Origin: Octopus sinensis
Taxonomy: Eukaryota
NCBI RefSeq assembly: GCF_006345805.1
Contig: NC_042998.1
Span: forward strand, 147,808,001 to 147,872,000
Length of the DNA: 64,000 nucleotides
Direction: 5' to 3'
Part shown: positions 1 through 13,080 of the stretch, in pieces
Position numbering within the stretch: the stretch's first letter is position 1
Layout of the letters: each line of letters begins with the position of its first letter
Translations under genes and position numbers: made by a program
The notes under the pieces: model-generated
Told to the model about the DNA's origin: nothing
Databases searched by the model: none
What the model saw: only the letters and a program-made list of their open reading frames with translations

Positions 1-96
1 TTTTTCCAGAATTTCTTCTCTTTTTTTTTTTTTTGCGAAATATGTACAAAAATACGGAGTTTATGATTCATGTGTGAGTGTGTGTTCTTGATACTC

Positions 97-570
97 GTTT
101 AGAACAAGTAGTTTTACACCAATTACACTATTTTTTCTTAGTTTAAAGGCCGTGGACTGAAGATGTGAAATTTCCGAAGCCTCTCCCCCACCCCCCTTTC
201 GCGAGCGCGCATTTTTTTCATGATAGTCGTTTAGAGCAAGTTGTTTTACACCTATTACGCTGTTTTTGTTTTTGTTTTTGTGCCCGGTTCAGACGCTTTC
301 GGAAATTCCCGATATAAATTTTCCGAGGCCTCTCCCCCACCCCTCTTTCGCGAGAGCGCATTTTTTTGTCATATTCGTTTAGAGCAAGTTGTTTTACACA
401 TATTACACTATTTTTTTTTTGTTTTGGTGCCCGGGTCAGCTCCTCAGACGCTTTCGGAACTTCCCGATGTAAATTTTCCGAGGCCTCTCCCCCACCCCCC
501 TTTCGCGTGCGCGAATTTTTGTTTTCATATTCGTTCATAGGAAGTTGTTTTACACCTATTACACACATTT
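97..570. repeat. Tandem array of ~3.3 copies of a ~150 bp CpG-rich unit
   Basis: cgtttaga(a/g)caagt...ttttacac recurs at ~97, 227, 377 and 532; tttccga(a/g)gcctctcccccacccc..tttcgcg recurs at ~171, 320 and 475. Confidence 0.85.
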
Positions 571-739
571 TTTTTTTGATTTTCTGATAATCGTAACGCC
601 CTATATTAACCGACATTGGAAGATATATCTATGATTAAATTTGTCTATAAGTATTACTTTTTTGTTTTTGTTGTAAAAACAGAACTAAGTTTGGTTCCTA
701 CATCTATATTATACAGCCTAATCTCTGTCAACAACACCA

Positions 740-1012
740 TATTTTTGTCAATTTTGCCATTCTTGCATGGGATGGTAGGGCTTTTCCAGTTTGGTGTGTC
801 ACTACTTATTGCTGTTTTTTGTCATCTTCTTCATGGGGCTCAGCTGCTTGGAGCCAAATCTTCAACATCTCATGCCTTCCTACATCTTGCTCAGCCTCAA
901 GTTCTGGCCCTTCCACACCAGACATTTTCAGTATCTCAGCTACTATACTTGATGGCCCAACTGCCTTTCCTGTTTTCAGATCTTCACTTTTTTCCACACC
1001 CTCACAATCCTC
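740..1012 (-). mobile_element. Degraded RTE-type LINE RT fragment
   Basis: Minus-strand translation LKTGKAVGPSSIVAEILKMSG matches the K-A-x-G-x-D-x-I-x-x-E-x-L motif at the start of non-LTR RT. Confidence 0.6.
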
Positions 1013-1014
1013 TG

Positions 1015-1045
<31 letters not shown>

Positions 1046-2156
1046 TGTGTGTGTGTGTGTGTGTGTGCATGCGTGAATGTGTGCATGTGTGCATCTATGT
1101 ATGTATGTATAGACAGACAGATAGACAGATAGATGGAGAGTTAGATATATATGATTGGTCAATTCAGGACTATAGTAGAAGTCACTTGTGCAAGATGCCA
1201 CACAACATGACTGAAATCACAATCACATTGTTGGGAAGCAAGTTTCTTAAACATACAGCTACCCTGCACCAAAGCCACACCCGCACCATAACCTTTCAAT
1301 ATCTGAGTCTTGCTTCAGCTATAGTCAATGTTCCTGACAAGATGACTATCTTATTAAAGCCTAAAATAAAGATGATGAAGCCTTTCCTTTGTATCAGTTG
1401 CTTAATTCTGTAGCATTCAGTTTGTTTATAATGCTTGTTTGTTCACATTGTTTTGCATTTATCATACAATATCTCATAGCTACAAGATTTCAATGATATG
1501 ATTACTTAGCTCCAGAATAACATTGTAGAGTCAGGTATGAGAAGCCAAATCTGGCCACTTTGAACAAAAAACAGGTAGAATATTTTAGCTGGATGTGACT
1601 GGTTTAAATGCTAAAGGGTTAAGGTAAGTTTTTTTGTGAAATCATTAACCTGAACCAACTGGCTTTGATATCAACATCAGCTTTATATGTTCAAATGCCT
1701 TTGCTATTCAACCCCTTGTGAAAATGGGACCCTAAGTTTTGAAGTGGTCTAAGATATGATACATGGTTCGATTAATGATTTTCTTAGAAATTAACAAGTC
1801 TGAGAAATGATTCTAACTGATAATTTTCCTTCACCATTTTTACATCCCTAATTCTAACAAGTAAACCATGATTTATGGAGACACCTTCCTTTGTCCCTCT
1901 GTATACCACCAAGAACAAAGACACTACTTCAACCTCTAACAGAGATTTCACTTGATTGATTACTTTACCTGATAATTCCAACCTTTCTGTAACATGACCA
2001 ACTTTGGCATGCAGATTTTCAGTTAGTTTCAACACCAATGCATAATCAACGTCATTTCTCATAACATGTTCAATTTGTTTTCTGGAACATTATGCTGAAT
2101 GTTTTAATTCCATACAGAAAACATGTCCAGCTTAAAAGACCCATTGCTATAATTTA

Positions 2157-2715
2157 TCATACTAACTTTTTTTACTTTAGAACATATGTCAAGCTGGTGA
2201 TGTTATCCTTGAAATGCTATTTAGTAAAATAATTTAGCAAAATATTTCAGAATGAAATATTGATTAAACCAATTTATTTCTAAATGATGTGATGTCACTA
2301 ATATTATTGCATGCATTTTGCATATTTGCATGTGATTGGGTTTAAGGCGGCTACTTATTTCACTGTAGAATATCTACTCAGTGCACACTGAGGCAAATGG
2401 AGAAGTTTAAGTATCTCAGGATCATATTCATGATCCTGTCATACTAACTTTTTTTACTTTAGAACATATGTCAAGCTGGTGATGTTATCCTTGAAATGCT
2501 ATTTAGTAAAATAATTTAGCAAAATATTTCAGAATGAAATATTGATTAAACCAATTTATTTCTAAATGATGTGATGTCACTAATATTATTGCATGCATTT
2601 TGCATATTTGCATGTGATTGGGTTTAAGGCGGCTACTTATTTCACTGTAGAATATCTACTCAGTGCACACTGAGGCAAATGGAGAAGTTTAAGTATCTCA
2701 GGATCATATTCATGA
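2157..2715. repeat. Essentially perfect direct tandem duplication, 277 bp copies, period 282
   Basis: 2157-2433 matches 2439-2715; 5 bp junction insert tcctg at 2434-2438. Confidence 0.95.
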
Positions 2716-3290
2716 GTGATGGGAAGCAAGAGGGTGAATTAGATGCTAGAATTACAGGTGCTGGCACAGTAATGCACCAGTTCTAGCATCTGATCCTCAG
2801 AAGGGGTTGGTAAAGAATCCAAACTTGCTATCTTCAATTCAGTTTCCATACCTATCCTCACCTATGATTATGAATGTTGGGTACTGACCATTAGAATACA
2901 ATTATGAATACAAGCAGCCAAAATGGTGTGCCTGTGAAAGATCTGTGGAATAACGTTATTCAACCAGGTGCATAGTTCAGAGATCAAGGAGTTTTGCTTT
3001 GTCAAACTACTACTTCTCCACATTGAAAAGTCACAGCTCCCTTACTTTGGACATGTGATGTCACAGGAAAGAATTGCAAGATAGATTCTTCAAACTATAT
3101 CAACTGGTAGGAGAACAGGGGGTAACCAGAGAATGAGATGGATAATATCCATAGTCTTGGTTGGTTATGCTTAGAAATCAACCTGGAAAGTGAAATGATG
3201 CTTGCTTTGATAGGAACCTAAGGAAGAGGTACCTGAAGACTATACATTCATGACTCTCCCAGGAATAGTGGATAGAGAAAATGGGTGGAT
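2672..3290 (+). mobile_element. Degraded LINE (RTE-like) ORF2 3' fragment
   Basis: EKFKYLRIIFMSDGKQEGELDARI (FKYLG-like), PILTY-like, YFGHVM and G.R..G-like motifs, with stops and frameshifts. Confidence 0.7.
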
Positions 3291-3773
3291 GGAGTATTTC
3301 ATTTTAACAATTTAGTAATCAGTTAATTAAAACTTTTATATGAGAGGGGTACATTTACTTTCAACTGGTACTTGTTCTAAAAGACCTTCATTAAATAGCT
3401 TCATCAGCTTCTTAATCATTAATAGCTTAAGGTCTGTTGATCATGGTTTTACTTAAAAATAACATCATGGCCCAATGTTGCCTTTGAGAAGAATATTAGT
3501 CTCTTAATCACCCAAATTGTCCTTAGGTTTCAGTTTCATAAGTGTTGGATAATCCACATCTATCACAACCATAACAGAGTAAATCATCATATTCATTAAC
3601 AACAACATTCAAAACCTCTCTCTCTTCACTTACCATGACATTCACTAACAACAACATTCAAACTCTTATTGGTTTCCTTTAATGTGACAAATCGTTCCCA
3701 AAATTTCAATGAGTGATTGGTCAAATTGTTTAAGTTTCATACCTTTATTATTTATTAATATCAATTTATGTTA

Positions 3774-4225
3774 AGGTGGCGAGCTGGGCAGAATTGTTAG
3801 CACACCAGGAAAATGCTTAACAGCATTACTTCCAGCTTAATGTTCTAAGTTCAAATTCTACCAAGGTTTGGTCAGATTTGTCTTTCATCCTTTTGGGGTC
3901 AATAAAATACATATCAGTTGAACATTGGGGTCAATGTTATCGACTGAACCCCTCCCCAGAAGTTGCTGGCCTTGTGCCAAAATTTGAAATCAATATTAAT
4001 TTATGTTAATGTGGTAATCTGGCAGAATTATCAGCATGCCAGGTGAAATGCTTAGCAGCATTTCTTCCAACTTAATGTCTTGAGTTCAAATTCTGCCGAG
4101 CTTGACTTTGCCTTTCGTCCTTTCAGAGTCAACAAAATCAGTACCAGTTGAGAACATAGATAGAAATAATCAACTTATCCCCTCCTCCAAAACTGCTGGC
4201 CTTGTGCCAGAATTTGAAACCACTA
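3774..4225 (+). mobile_element. Two tandem copies of a tRNA-related SINE family
   Basis: ggcagaattgttagca...gttcaaattct...tttgcctttc(a/g)tcc...aaatttgaaa occurs twice; same family at ~25025-25175, 34240-34640(-), 35395-35600(-), 43400-43590, 60490-60680(-). Confidence 0.75.
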
Positions 4226-4574
4226 TCGATTTATGTTATTAATATCATAATCATCATCATTATTTAACTTTCACTCTTCCACATTTGCATGGGGCACACA
4301 AAATTCATTGAGGCTAATTTTCAATGGCCAGATGTCCAACTTGCTATCAACCCCTCACCAGCTTCCAAGCAAAGTAATATTTACCTTTGGCTTGTGATTC
4401 TTTCCTGCAACATTCTAATAACATGTCTATAATACCGGAGCTATGACCATGCAATGATTTTACACCAATGTCATAAATACGTGCAGAATTTCCCATCTTA
4501 ATTTCCCCAAACCGCTTTGTAGAATCATAGATTATCTTATAGTAACTCTTTTCTTTTTTTGGCTTTTCTGTATG

Positions 4575-4700
4575 CATGGCTGTGTAGTTTCAGGTTCAGA
4601 CCTACTGCATGGCACCTTTAGTAAGTGTCTTTTACAATAGCCCAGGCTGACCAAAGCCTTGTAAGTGAATTTGGTAGATGGAAAATGTGGAAGTCCTTTG

Positions 4701-4732
<32 letters not shown>

Positions 4733-5115
4733 TGTATGTATGTATGTATGTATGTATGTATGTATGTATGTATGTATGTATGTATGTATGTTTGTATGTG
4801 TGTGTGTGTGTCTATGTATGTATATGCAGCAACATGGCCGCAATATAATGACTGAAACAAGTAAAAGATGAAAGATAACAATATATATATATATATTTGT
4901 GTGCATGTGTGTGTGGTGTGTGTGTGTGTGTGTGTGTGTTCTTTGTGTTTGTTGCCTCCACTGCTTGACAGTTTGCTTATGTCTCCCATAACTTAGCACT
5001 TCAGCAAAAGTGACTGATAGAATAAGGTACCAAACTCAAAATAATAAGAACGATTTATTTGACTAAACCCCATCAAGGTAGTGCTCCAGCATGGTTGCAG
5101 TCTAAGGACTGAAAA
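4575..5115 (+). mobile_element. tRNA/CORE-type SINE with internal (TATG)n/(TG)n microsatellites
   Basis: tggctgtg...ggttcag...gcacctt..gtaagtgtctt...accaaagccttgt..gtgaatttggtagatggaaa; family repeated throughout the window. Confidence 0.7.
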
Positions 5116-5264
5116 AAGTAAAAAGAAAACAAAAGGTTTAATGAACCTGTTACCAGATGGCGGACATTATTTTGATTGTGCCTGCTTATATTGGTAAAAG
5201 CCACTTTTATGATCAGATTTATACTTTTTACTATCAGCATTCTAAATTTGACCATTGTGGATTT

Positions 5265-5790
5265 CAAGACTGCAAGGTTGGAAAGGTAGCAGTTGTGTTC
5301 CAGCATATGGGTGAAATTTCATCTATAACTCCATCATTCTGCCTGCTTCAGTCTATGCTAGCAAGACTTGGAAGAGCACAGTTAGGACAGATAGAAAACT
5401 AAATGTATTCCATCACAAGTGCCTGAGTAAGATCCTGAGAGTTGACTGACTGGACTGTGTCGTAGATATGAGGAAATTTTGAGAAGAGTGAGTTCATGAC
5501 CACCACAGGAGTTTATAGCAGAGCATTGATTTTGCCTGGCTGGCCACATTCTCTGCTTAGTTGATCAACAGCATTTGAAAACTCTGCCATATCTTGGGTA
5601 CCACCTGTTGGCAGGTGTAAAAAGGAGTATGTTGATAATCACTTGGCAGACATTTCAAGATGACCTGAAGAAAATCACCATTATGTGGAATGGATGTGCA
5701 AGAATAGCAACCAACCAAACCCAGTGAAAGAAGATCTTGTCGCTTAGTGTGCTGAGCAATGCAGGAGGACACCATCATCATCATCTTCAT
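5265..5790 (+). mobile_element. Degraded LINE 3' fragment with (CAT)n tail
   Basis: FHHKCLSKILRV and LAGHIL-like remnants typical of the RTE ORF2 C-terminus. Confidence 0.5.
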
Positions 5791-7677
5791 TATCATCATT
5801 ATTTAACATTTGTTTTCCATGCTGGCATGGGTAAGAAAGTTTGACTGGGACTGGTAAACCGGAGAGCTGCATCAGGCTCCAGTTGTCTGTTTTGATTTGG
5901 TTTCTACAGCTGGATACCCATCATAATGCCAACCACTTTACAGTGGCCGAGGTGTCTTTTACATGTGCTTATTGCACGTCACCAGCATGTGTGCCTTGTA
6001 CGTGTCACTGGCACTAGCAATGACTATGATTCACTTAGTTTGACGTGTCTTCTCATGCATAGCATATCAGAAGTCTCAAAAGCTAATAAAAGCTATCAGC
6101 ATATCACACAATGATATCATCATGATTGTTCTTACCCTTTTTATATTTTTTGATTAATTCATCATCTGAAATCTAGAAATCATTTTATGCTATTAATGAA
6201 TGCATCAAACTTGGAGTCACTTGACAAAAAAGATATCCTTGTGCTTTTCTATAAAACACTTAAATGCCAGCTGATCCTGAATGAGCTTTATTTCAATCAT
6301 ATAATTTTCTATACACTGTCCTTTTATCCCAGTTTCATCAAATTCACAAAAACAAGCCAATTCATGAAATTTTTCAGGATAACCATGAATAGATTTGGAC
6401 AGATTTTGATTTTGTAATAAGAACCTCCTCCTCCTCCTCATCATCATCATCTTCGTTGTCATTGTCACTACCACCACCACCACCACCACCACCACCACCA
6501 GTATTTAATGCCCATGTCCCTTACTGTCATAGATAGGATGGTTTGACAGGATCTGACATGCCTTATACTCAAATGTCTGCTTTGACATGGTTTCTTTAGT
6601 TGGATGCCCTTCCTAACACCAACCACTTTACAGAGACTACTGAGTGCTTCCTTCATGGCACCAGCATTAGTGAAGTTGCAATGTGGCCTGCAAGATTAAG
6701 GAGCCACTTCAACTGAGTGGGGCTACAGCAGGATTTAAGTCCTTCTTATACTATGGGACGAGGGGTTACAGTGTGAAAGAAAGGGGCCATATGGCTACTC
6801 ACATTTAAGAAGTGATGGTGGCAGTGGGCAGAGTGGAGGTTGAAAGAAATAAAGATAGAAGTGAATGGAACATTAGTACATATCTTATGCTGCTTACATT
6901 TATTGTTCCAAGTTCCAAGGATTTCACCATTATCTAAGCATTTTGCATAGCCATCTTGCCTGTTTTAGCTAAAACAAACCTGTCATTTGTAGTTTCTTTA
7001 TCATAAACTTCCAAAAGATCTTTCTTCTTGTTGTTGCTACAGTAAAACATTACAACAAAACGTCTGTCATATATGGGTCATAGAGTGGAAGTACATTGTT
7101 AGAAACCAGCAACAACATCTTTTGTCATGTACAACAGTTATCCAAATGCAGTTTCATGTGACCCATTATTTTCAGAACATTTATTCGAGTGATTAACCAA
7201 GCTTTTACATTGAACTAGCCACTACCTTCAATAAATCCAGTCATGTGCAAGCATGCAAATCATATGTAACAATATTAGTAGAATGATTACATCATAAGTT
7301 CTATAGACAATCTTTTGTTTTGCCTAGGCAAGGAGTGGAAGCGACCTTAATCATATCAGGGTGAATTATAATGGATAAGGGCCTTGGAGGAGGTGGGGTG
7401 ATACATCTTTGTTAAGACAAATAATGAATCTTTAATTTCAGACATTCATAATTACGTAACTTATTTAATAAATGTTTTGATTCTTTTTGCCAATGGATTT
7501 CTTGAAAGTTTGTCAACAGGTGGGCATTTCAAATTTGAATACATTCACATGTGAGGGTAGCATACATCATTTTGTAGGTTCTGATCTCAATACTGCATTC
7601 CTAATTTATTACTTTGATCCTTTGCTGTAATGATTTAAGCAACACTGTGTGTGTGTGTGTTTGTGTATGTGTGTGTG

Positions 7678-7739
<62 letters not shown>

Positions 7740-9349
7740 ATGTGTGCATGTGTATATGTGTATGTGTGTGTCAATGCTACAGAATGATGGTAAACTACTC
7801 GTGTGCTGAATTTGTGCTACAGGTTCAATTCCTAGTTTGGTTTCTTAACTTTGCCTAATTCATTATAGTTACAACTTCCAGTAAAGGTGTATTGTTTAGT
7901 GGTTAAGATGTTTCCCTCACAGTTGTAAGGTTGTGGTTTTGATTCACAGATCAGGTGGTGCATTGAGTTCTGGAGCAAAACACTTCAATTCATGTTGCTC
8001 CAGTCCACTGAGCAACATGGGTTTAGCAATGACTGGGAAGTTAACCCTGTGACAAACTGGTGTCCCCTTCAAGATGTAGTGTTGAAATCTCTGTCATTTA
8101 TATGCTGTGGAAACTATGTCAAGCTCCTATCTTATGAGTCCTAGGGCTAAAATTTTTAATCTTTCTTGGTCACTGAAGCTCTACTAACATGACTGACAGC
8201 TAACATCCAACATTGTATTTTATTTCATTTTATGTCACAATTAGGGAACAGTGAAATTATTATTTGCAGGGTTTCAATGAGCCAATACTGGTTCACAGTA
8301 TTTCTAATGATAAGGAGGATAGGGGAGTATCTGTAACTTTGGGTAGAACAAATATCATTAAGGACTTTGTTTGAATGCATAAGTTTTATTGTTTACTAAC
8401 TGATGTTTCTGTTTTCCATCAGAGCACTTCTCATATAAAGAAAATTCCCCTCACTCACCATTAAATATGAGCAATTCTCAACTAGAGCCCTCCCTTATGG
8501 TCACTTCAGAAATTGTTTCAGACAATTCTTAACTTTGCCTCGACAGAGACTGTTCTGGAGAATAGACACCGCATTCATCTTTTTTCTCTTTCTGTATCAT
8601 TGTACTTATATACTTTGTTCTATTTGATTGAATGCCTTTCTTAGCTCAACATTTTCCTTGTACATACTTGCATTGTATTTTTTCAATAGTTCATACAACT
8701 GTTTTGCCATGGTTCATTCCTCTGTGCCCTCCTAGCGTACACCTACTCCACCTACATTACTCTTCTTCGACTGCTTCCAGGCTAAGGCAGGGGTGCTCTG
8801 TAGGCGCAGTTACCTCCCCTGACCACAGCTGCCTAATTAGCTAGCCAATAGAGGGCACACGCAACAGTAAGGTTCAGACACTCACCTTTTCCTCTTTTTA
8901 CATCAATACTCTAGACTGTGAAGACCTAACTGACTCTCTTACGACATGCAGTGACTAGCTGACAGGAGGCAATGTACAGGAGAAGATAATGGTGTCCACG
9001 CATCAAACCATTTCCATTTATCATTCAGGTTGTATATATATGTGTGGCTGACATTAAATGTATTTAAGGCTACTGCCTTTTTCTACGTATTTCTTTGTAC
9101 TGTGTTCCTATCAAATGATATTACAGCCTTCTGAGTAGAGTCATATTTATGTGGCTCCACAACCCTGATACAAACAGCACCATCTAAAATGGTGACCCAA
9201 TGTGGAACACAGATTATCTAAAACTGTACATTGTGGACACTTTATTCATGAATGTGGTTTGCAATAACACATGGTAAAATAAAAGCCTGTTTTAAGCTTA
9301 AAAAACAAATTCGGTAATTATTATAATTTTGCACTAGTAAAAAAAACTA

Positions 9350-10510
9350 AAATATTTTGAATTTGCCCAATACATATATACAATTTGGTGGTTCACATTG
9401 TGGATGTAGATGGCTGTGGATCGTCAACATCAATAGCTGACTGGCTGTTCTCTGTTGTTCGATGCGCTTAAAAATCCAGTTGAGAGTTCCTTGAACTGTC
9501 TTCTTTTCCTCAAGGATAACATTATAAGGAGCAAAAGCTTCTTGACAAGCCTCCATAATCTTGGAAAAGCATTGAGCATTTGGATCCATATCCTTGAACA
9601 TAGAAAGACCTTTTTCAATATATGCTGCATTTTTTTAATGGTAAAGTGATGTGGCTCAAGTTCAACTTCTTCTTCATCTTTATTTTGCTGCTCATGAAGC
9701 TCTATCAAATCCTCATTCATCAAGGGATGTTTGTCTTTTTCAAATAAATCTGTGAAATCCTCCTCCTCCAACCAGAAAGAAGACTTTCTATTTCTTCAAA
9801 GATTTTGCCTTTTTTCTTATTGATGGCTGTGTTCTTCATCCCTGGGGCTTCAGATTTGATATGTGCTAAAATCTTATCCTTATTGTGTACAATCGTCGGT
9901 ACAGTTGTCCGACTCATCCCAAATGATCGTGCAATTGCTACCACCTTTCACCTTTTCCATGGTGTTTTATTGTAGTCAGTTTATCTTCCAGTGTTATAGC
10001 ATGACACTTAGCACTTTCACTATGAATTTTCTTGGGAACCATGGGGGCAAAAAATAAAGTCACAAATGAATGAGAATGAGAAAGTAGTCAAAAAATTGAT
10101 GTAAACAAATCTAAATTCAAAACAATCACAAGTGACAACGATGCTTAATAGTAGGTACTGGAAGAACAGTGTAATATGAGCTCTGAAAGACCGATAAATA
10201 AGATAACACAGCTGATTTCATGATTCCGTTCACTAAGCTATGCTTCTTTAAGGTGTGTATCTTAACATTTACAGTACATATTTTAATATGATTTTATATG
10301 CTTTTATTCTTATTTATTGTAAAGTAACATGATTTTATGTGCTTTTAATGGTTTGCTAGTGATTTTACGAATCCAGTAGTTGTGGTGGATAGACGAAAAG
10401 TCAAGTAAAATGACTTAACTAGGTTTTTATTTTTCCATATATTATTTTTGAAAACTGACGTATAATCAAGAAGGACTTAAATCAAAAAGTCTTAAGCTGA
10501 GGTATGCCTG
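9350..10510 (-). mobile_element. Tigger/pogo-family DNA transposon remnant, internally deleted
   Basis: CENP-B/psq HTH (VAIARSFGMSRTTVPTIVHNKDKI) joined directly to a Tigger-type C-terminus (EEEDFTDLFEK..PLMNEDLIEL), so the DDE domain is missing; end gaggtatgcctg|TA at 10499-10512 is the reverse complement of the Tigger-like TIR CAGGCATACCTC plus TA. Other end not identified. Confidence 0.8.
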
Positions 10511-10573
10511 TACAAGCCAAAGTTCCATCTCTAACATCATTTAATGTCTGTGTTCCATGTTGGCATGGGTTAG

Positions 10574-10643
<70 letters not shown>

Positions 10644-10819
10644 ATTGGGCCTCTGTCAATTAAAGTTGACCATACATGTGGTATAAGTGTGAGTGTAAGT
10701 CTGGATAAGATTTTTGAAGAAGACTAAGCGATTGCCCATAAAAGTCTTCCTTCTCCCCATATATTTTTATCATGTGGTATTTTAGATACTTTTAGTTGAG
10801 TCCATCCTGTCACAAACTT

Positions 10820-11250
10820 TCAGGTCTGGTCTCCAACTCCCCCTTTCACCTGTTTCAGAGCACTCCACCTCCTAACTAAAATACTTACATGGTAGGTAGG
10901 TCCGCTCCAGCACCATGCAACATAACCCACTATTGTTTTTTGGCATTTCCTTCATGAGGTCCAGTTTCCCAAGAGATGTCTTCACTATGTCGTCTTATAG
11001 GTCTTGGTTCTTCCATAAGTTCCATATGCTTTGAGGATTTACCACTTCTTTATGCAACTGACCGCTGCTCTATGCATCTCATGTCCATACCAATACAGTC
11101 TTCTGTCTTTCATCATACATTTGATTCCTCCAGTTTTTTTCTTTCAGCTCATTTGTGATTATTGATTATGCAACACTGACATTACACATCCAATGGAGCA
11201 TGCTCACCTAATTTCTTTCTAACCTTCGCAAATCTATATTCAAGATGCTC
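10820..11250 (-). mobile_element. RTE LINE fragment, same family as 56685-58205
   Basis: Reverse complement agcatgctccattggatgtgtaatgtcag matches 57426-57453. Confidence 0.65.
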
Positions 11251-11270
11251 ACATCTGTTCTCTGTGTGTG

Positions 11271-11305
<35 letters not shown>

Positions 11306-11489
11306 ATAGATTAGATTTGGTTGTTGCTTTACAACTGGTCTGCTCTTTGTATAGAAAATTCAGTATACTGGTGTTGATATTTTATTATAACAAATAAGAC
11401 AAACAGTATGTCTCAAAGAAATAAATTATACACACTTGAATGGGAATATAGTTACACACACACACACACACATGCAATATGTATGTATG

Positions 11490-11790
11490 CATGATGAGAG
11501 CATGTATGGCCTAATGGTTTGGGTGTTGCACTCATGATCATGAGATTGTGGTTTCAATTCCTGTACTGGATGGTGCATTGTGTCCTTGAGAAAAACATTT
11601 AATCTCACATTGCTCTGTGATCACTTTGACACCTGATGTAAGGTACATTTTGCACCTCTTCAGGGAAGGGAGTGAGCTAATATACAGCACATACATTTGA
11701 TCCTTACAAGTAAAAGTCATTTGTACTGGTTGTTCAGCAAGATATTGCTGGACTGTCTTTCTCAGACTTCAAGACTACCATCATTATCAT
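11490..11790 (+). mobile_element. tRNA-derived SINE
   Basis: A-box-like tggcctaatggtt, B-box-like ggtttcaattcc, CORE-like tgtgtccttgag. Confidence 0.6.
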
Positions 11791-11808
11791 GTATGCTGTG
11801 TGTGTGTG

Positions 11809-11839
11809 TATCTATCTATCTACCTATCTACCTATCTAC

Positions 11840-11877
<38 letters not shown>
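11809..11877. repeat. (TATC/TACC)n microsatellite
   Basis: Read directly from the sequence. Confidence 0.95.
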
Positions 11878-12240
11878 GACACCTCCTTCTACTCCCCTCT
11901 GTCCTCTGACCCCACACTTAGCTACCAACAGACGGTCCCCTCTACTGTCCACGACCTCATCTCGTCCTCCCGTCTCCCCCATACTGCATCCAACCTCATT
12001 GTCTGAACCCCACGCACCCCCACCATTTACTTCCTCCCCAAAATCCACAAACCCAACAACCCTGGCCGCCCCATTGTCTCCGCCTGTAACTGACCCACCG
12101 AGCTTATCTCAAAATACCTCGACCGTGTCCTTGCCCCCCTAGTAGCGTCTTTTCCCTCTCACATCCACGACACCAACCATGCTCTCCGGCTTTTCAACTC
12201 TTTCTCCTTTCCTCCTGGCTCTTCCGAACTCCTCTTTACA

Positions 12241-13080
12241 ATGGACATCCAGAGCCTCTATACCGTCATCCCTCACCACAAAGGACTGTGTGCACTTCAA
12301 AACTTTCTCGACCTCCGCCCCAACCCTGAACCCGACACCTCCACACTCATTCGTCTGGCCGAACTTGTCCTTTCTCTTAACTGCTTCTCGTTCGCGGGCC
12401 GGTTCTACCAACAAGTCTCGGGAGTGGCCATGGGAACGCGAATGGGCCCCAACTATGCGAACCTGTTCGTTGGCTATGTTGAGGCCCAAATATTCTCTAG
12501 TTTCACTGGTCCCACTCCCGAACTATACGGTCGTTATATTGATGACTATATCGGTGCCACCTCACTCTCCCATGAACATCTAGACTCCTTCCTCTCTTTT
12601 GTTAAATCCTTCCATCCTGCCCTCCACTTCTCCTGCACTATCTCCAATACCTCTGTCTCCTTTCTTGACATTTCGGTCAGCATTCATCACTCCACTCTTA
12701 CCACCTCCATTCACTACAAACACACAGACTCAAACTCATACCTAAACTTCTCTTCCTCCCACCCCAAACACACCAAGCTTTCCATCCCCTATTCCCAATT
12801 CCTCCGTCTATGCAGGCTCTGTAGTGACGACCATGACTTTGAGACTCAGTCTCAATTCATGGTTCACCACTTCATCCTACGTGGATACCCCCTCACCACT
12901 ATCCACACTGCCCTTGCCAGAGCACGTTCCGTAGACCGTGCATCTGCTCTCTCTCCTCGAACCCGCCTCCCTTTTCCCCTCACTTACCACCCCACCACCC
13001 TACCTCTCCAACGCACCATTCTTCGAGCTTTTCGGCATCTCCAGTCTGACCCGTCCACTTCACACCTCTTCCCTAACTGA
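12241..13080 (+). pseudogene. Penelope-like RT ORF fragment; GIY-YIG domain follows to ~13555 after a stop and frameshift
   Basis: 279-aa ORF with PLE RT motifs. Confidence 0.9.

Noticed and set aside
616-1413. 265-aa ORF and the many VCVC/YIYI/THTH ORFs
   Set aside because: They run through microsatellites and antisense LINE fragments and have no protein signature
6725-6750. gatttaagtccttctt as the missing other end of the Tigger element
   Set aside because: A 16 bp match to the subterminal sequence only, with no full CAGGCATACCTC terminus, and embedded in another repeat
8453-8560. Minus-strand segment bounded by ctccag and gtgagt as a coding exon
   Set aside because: Stop codons in all three frames
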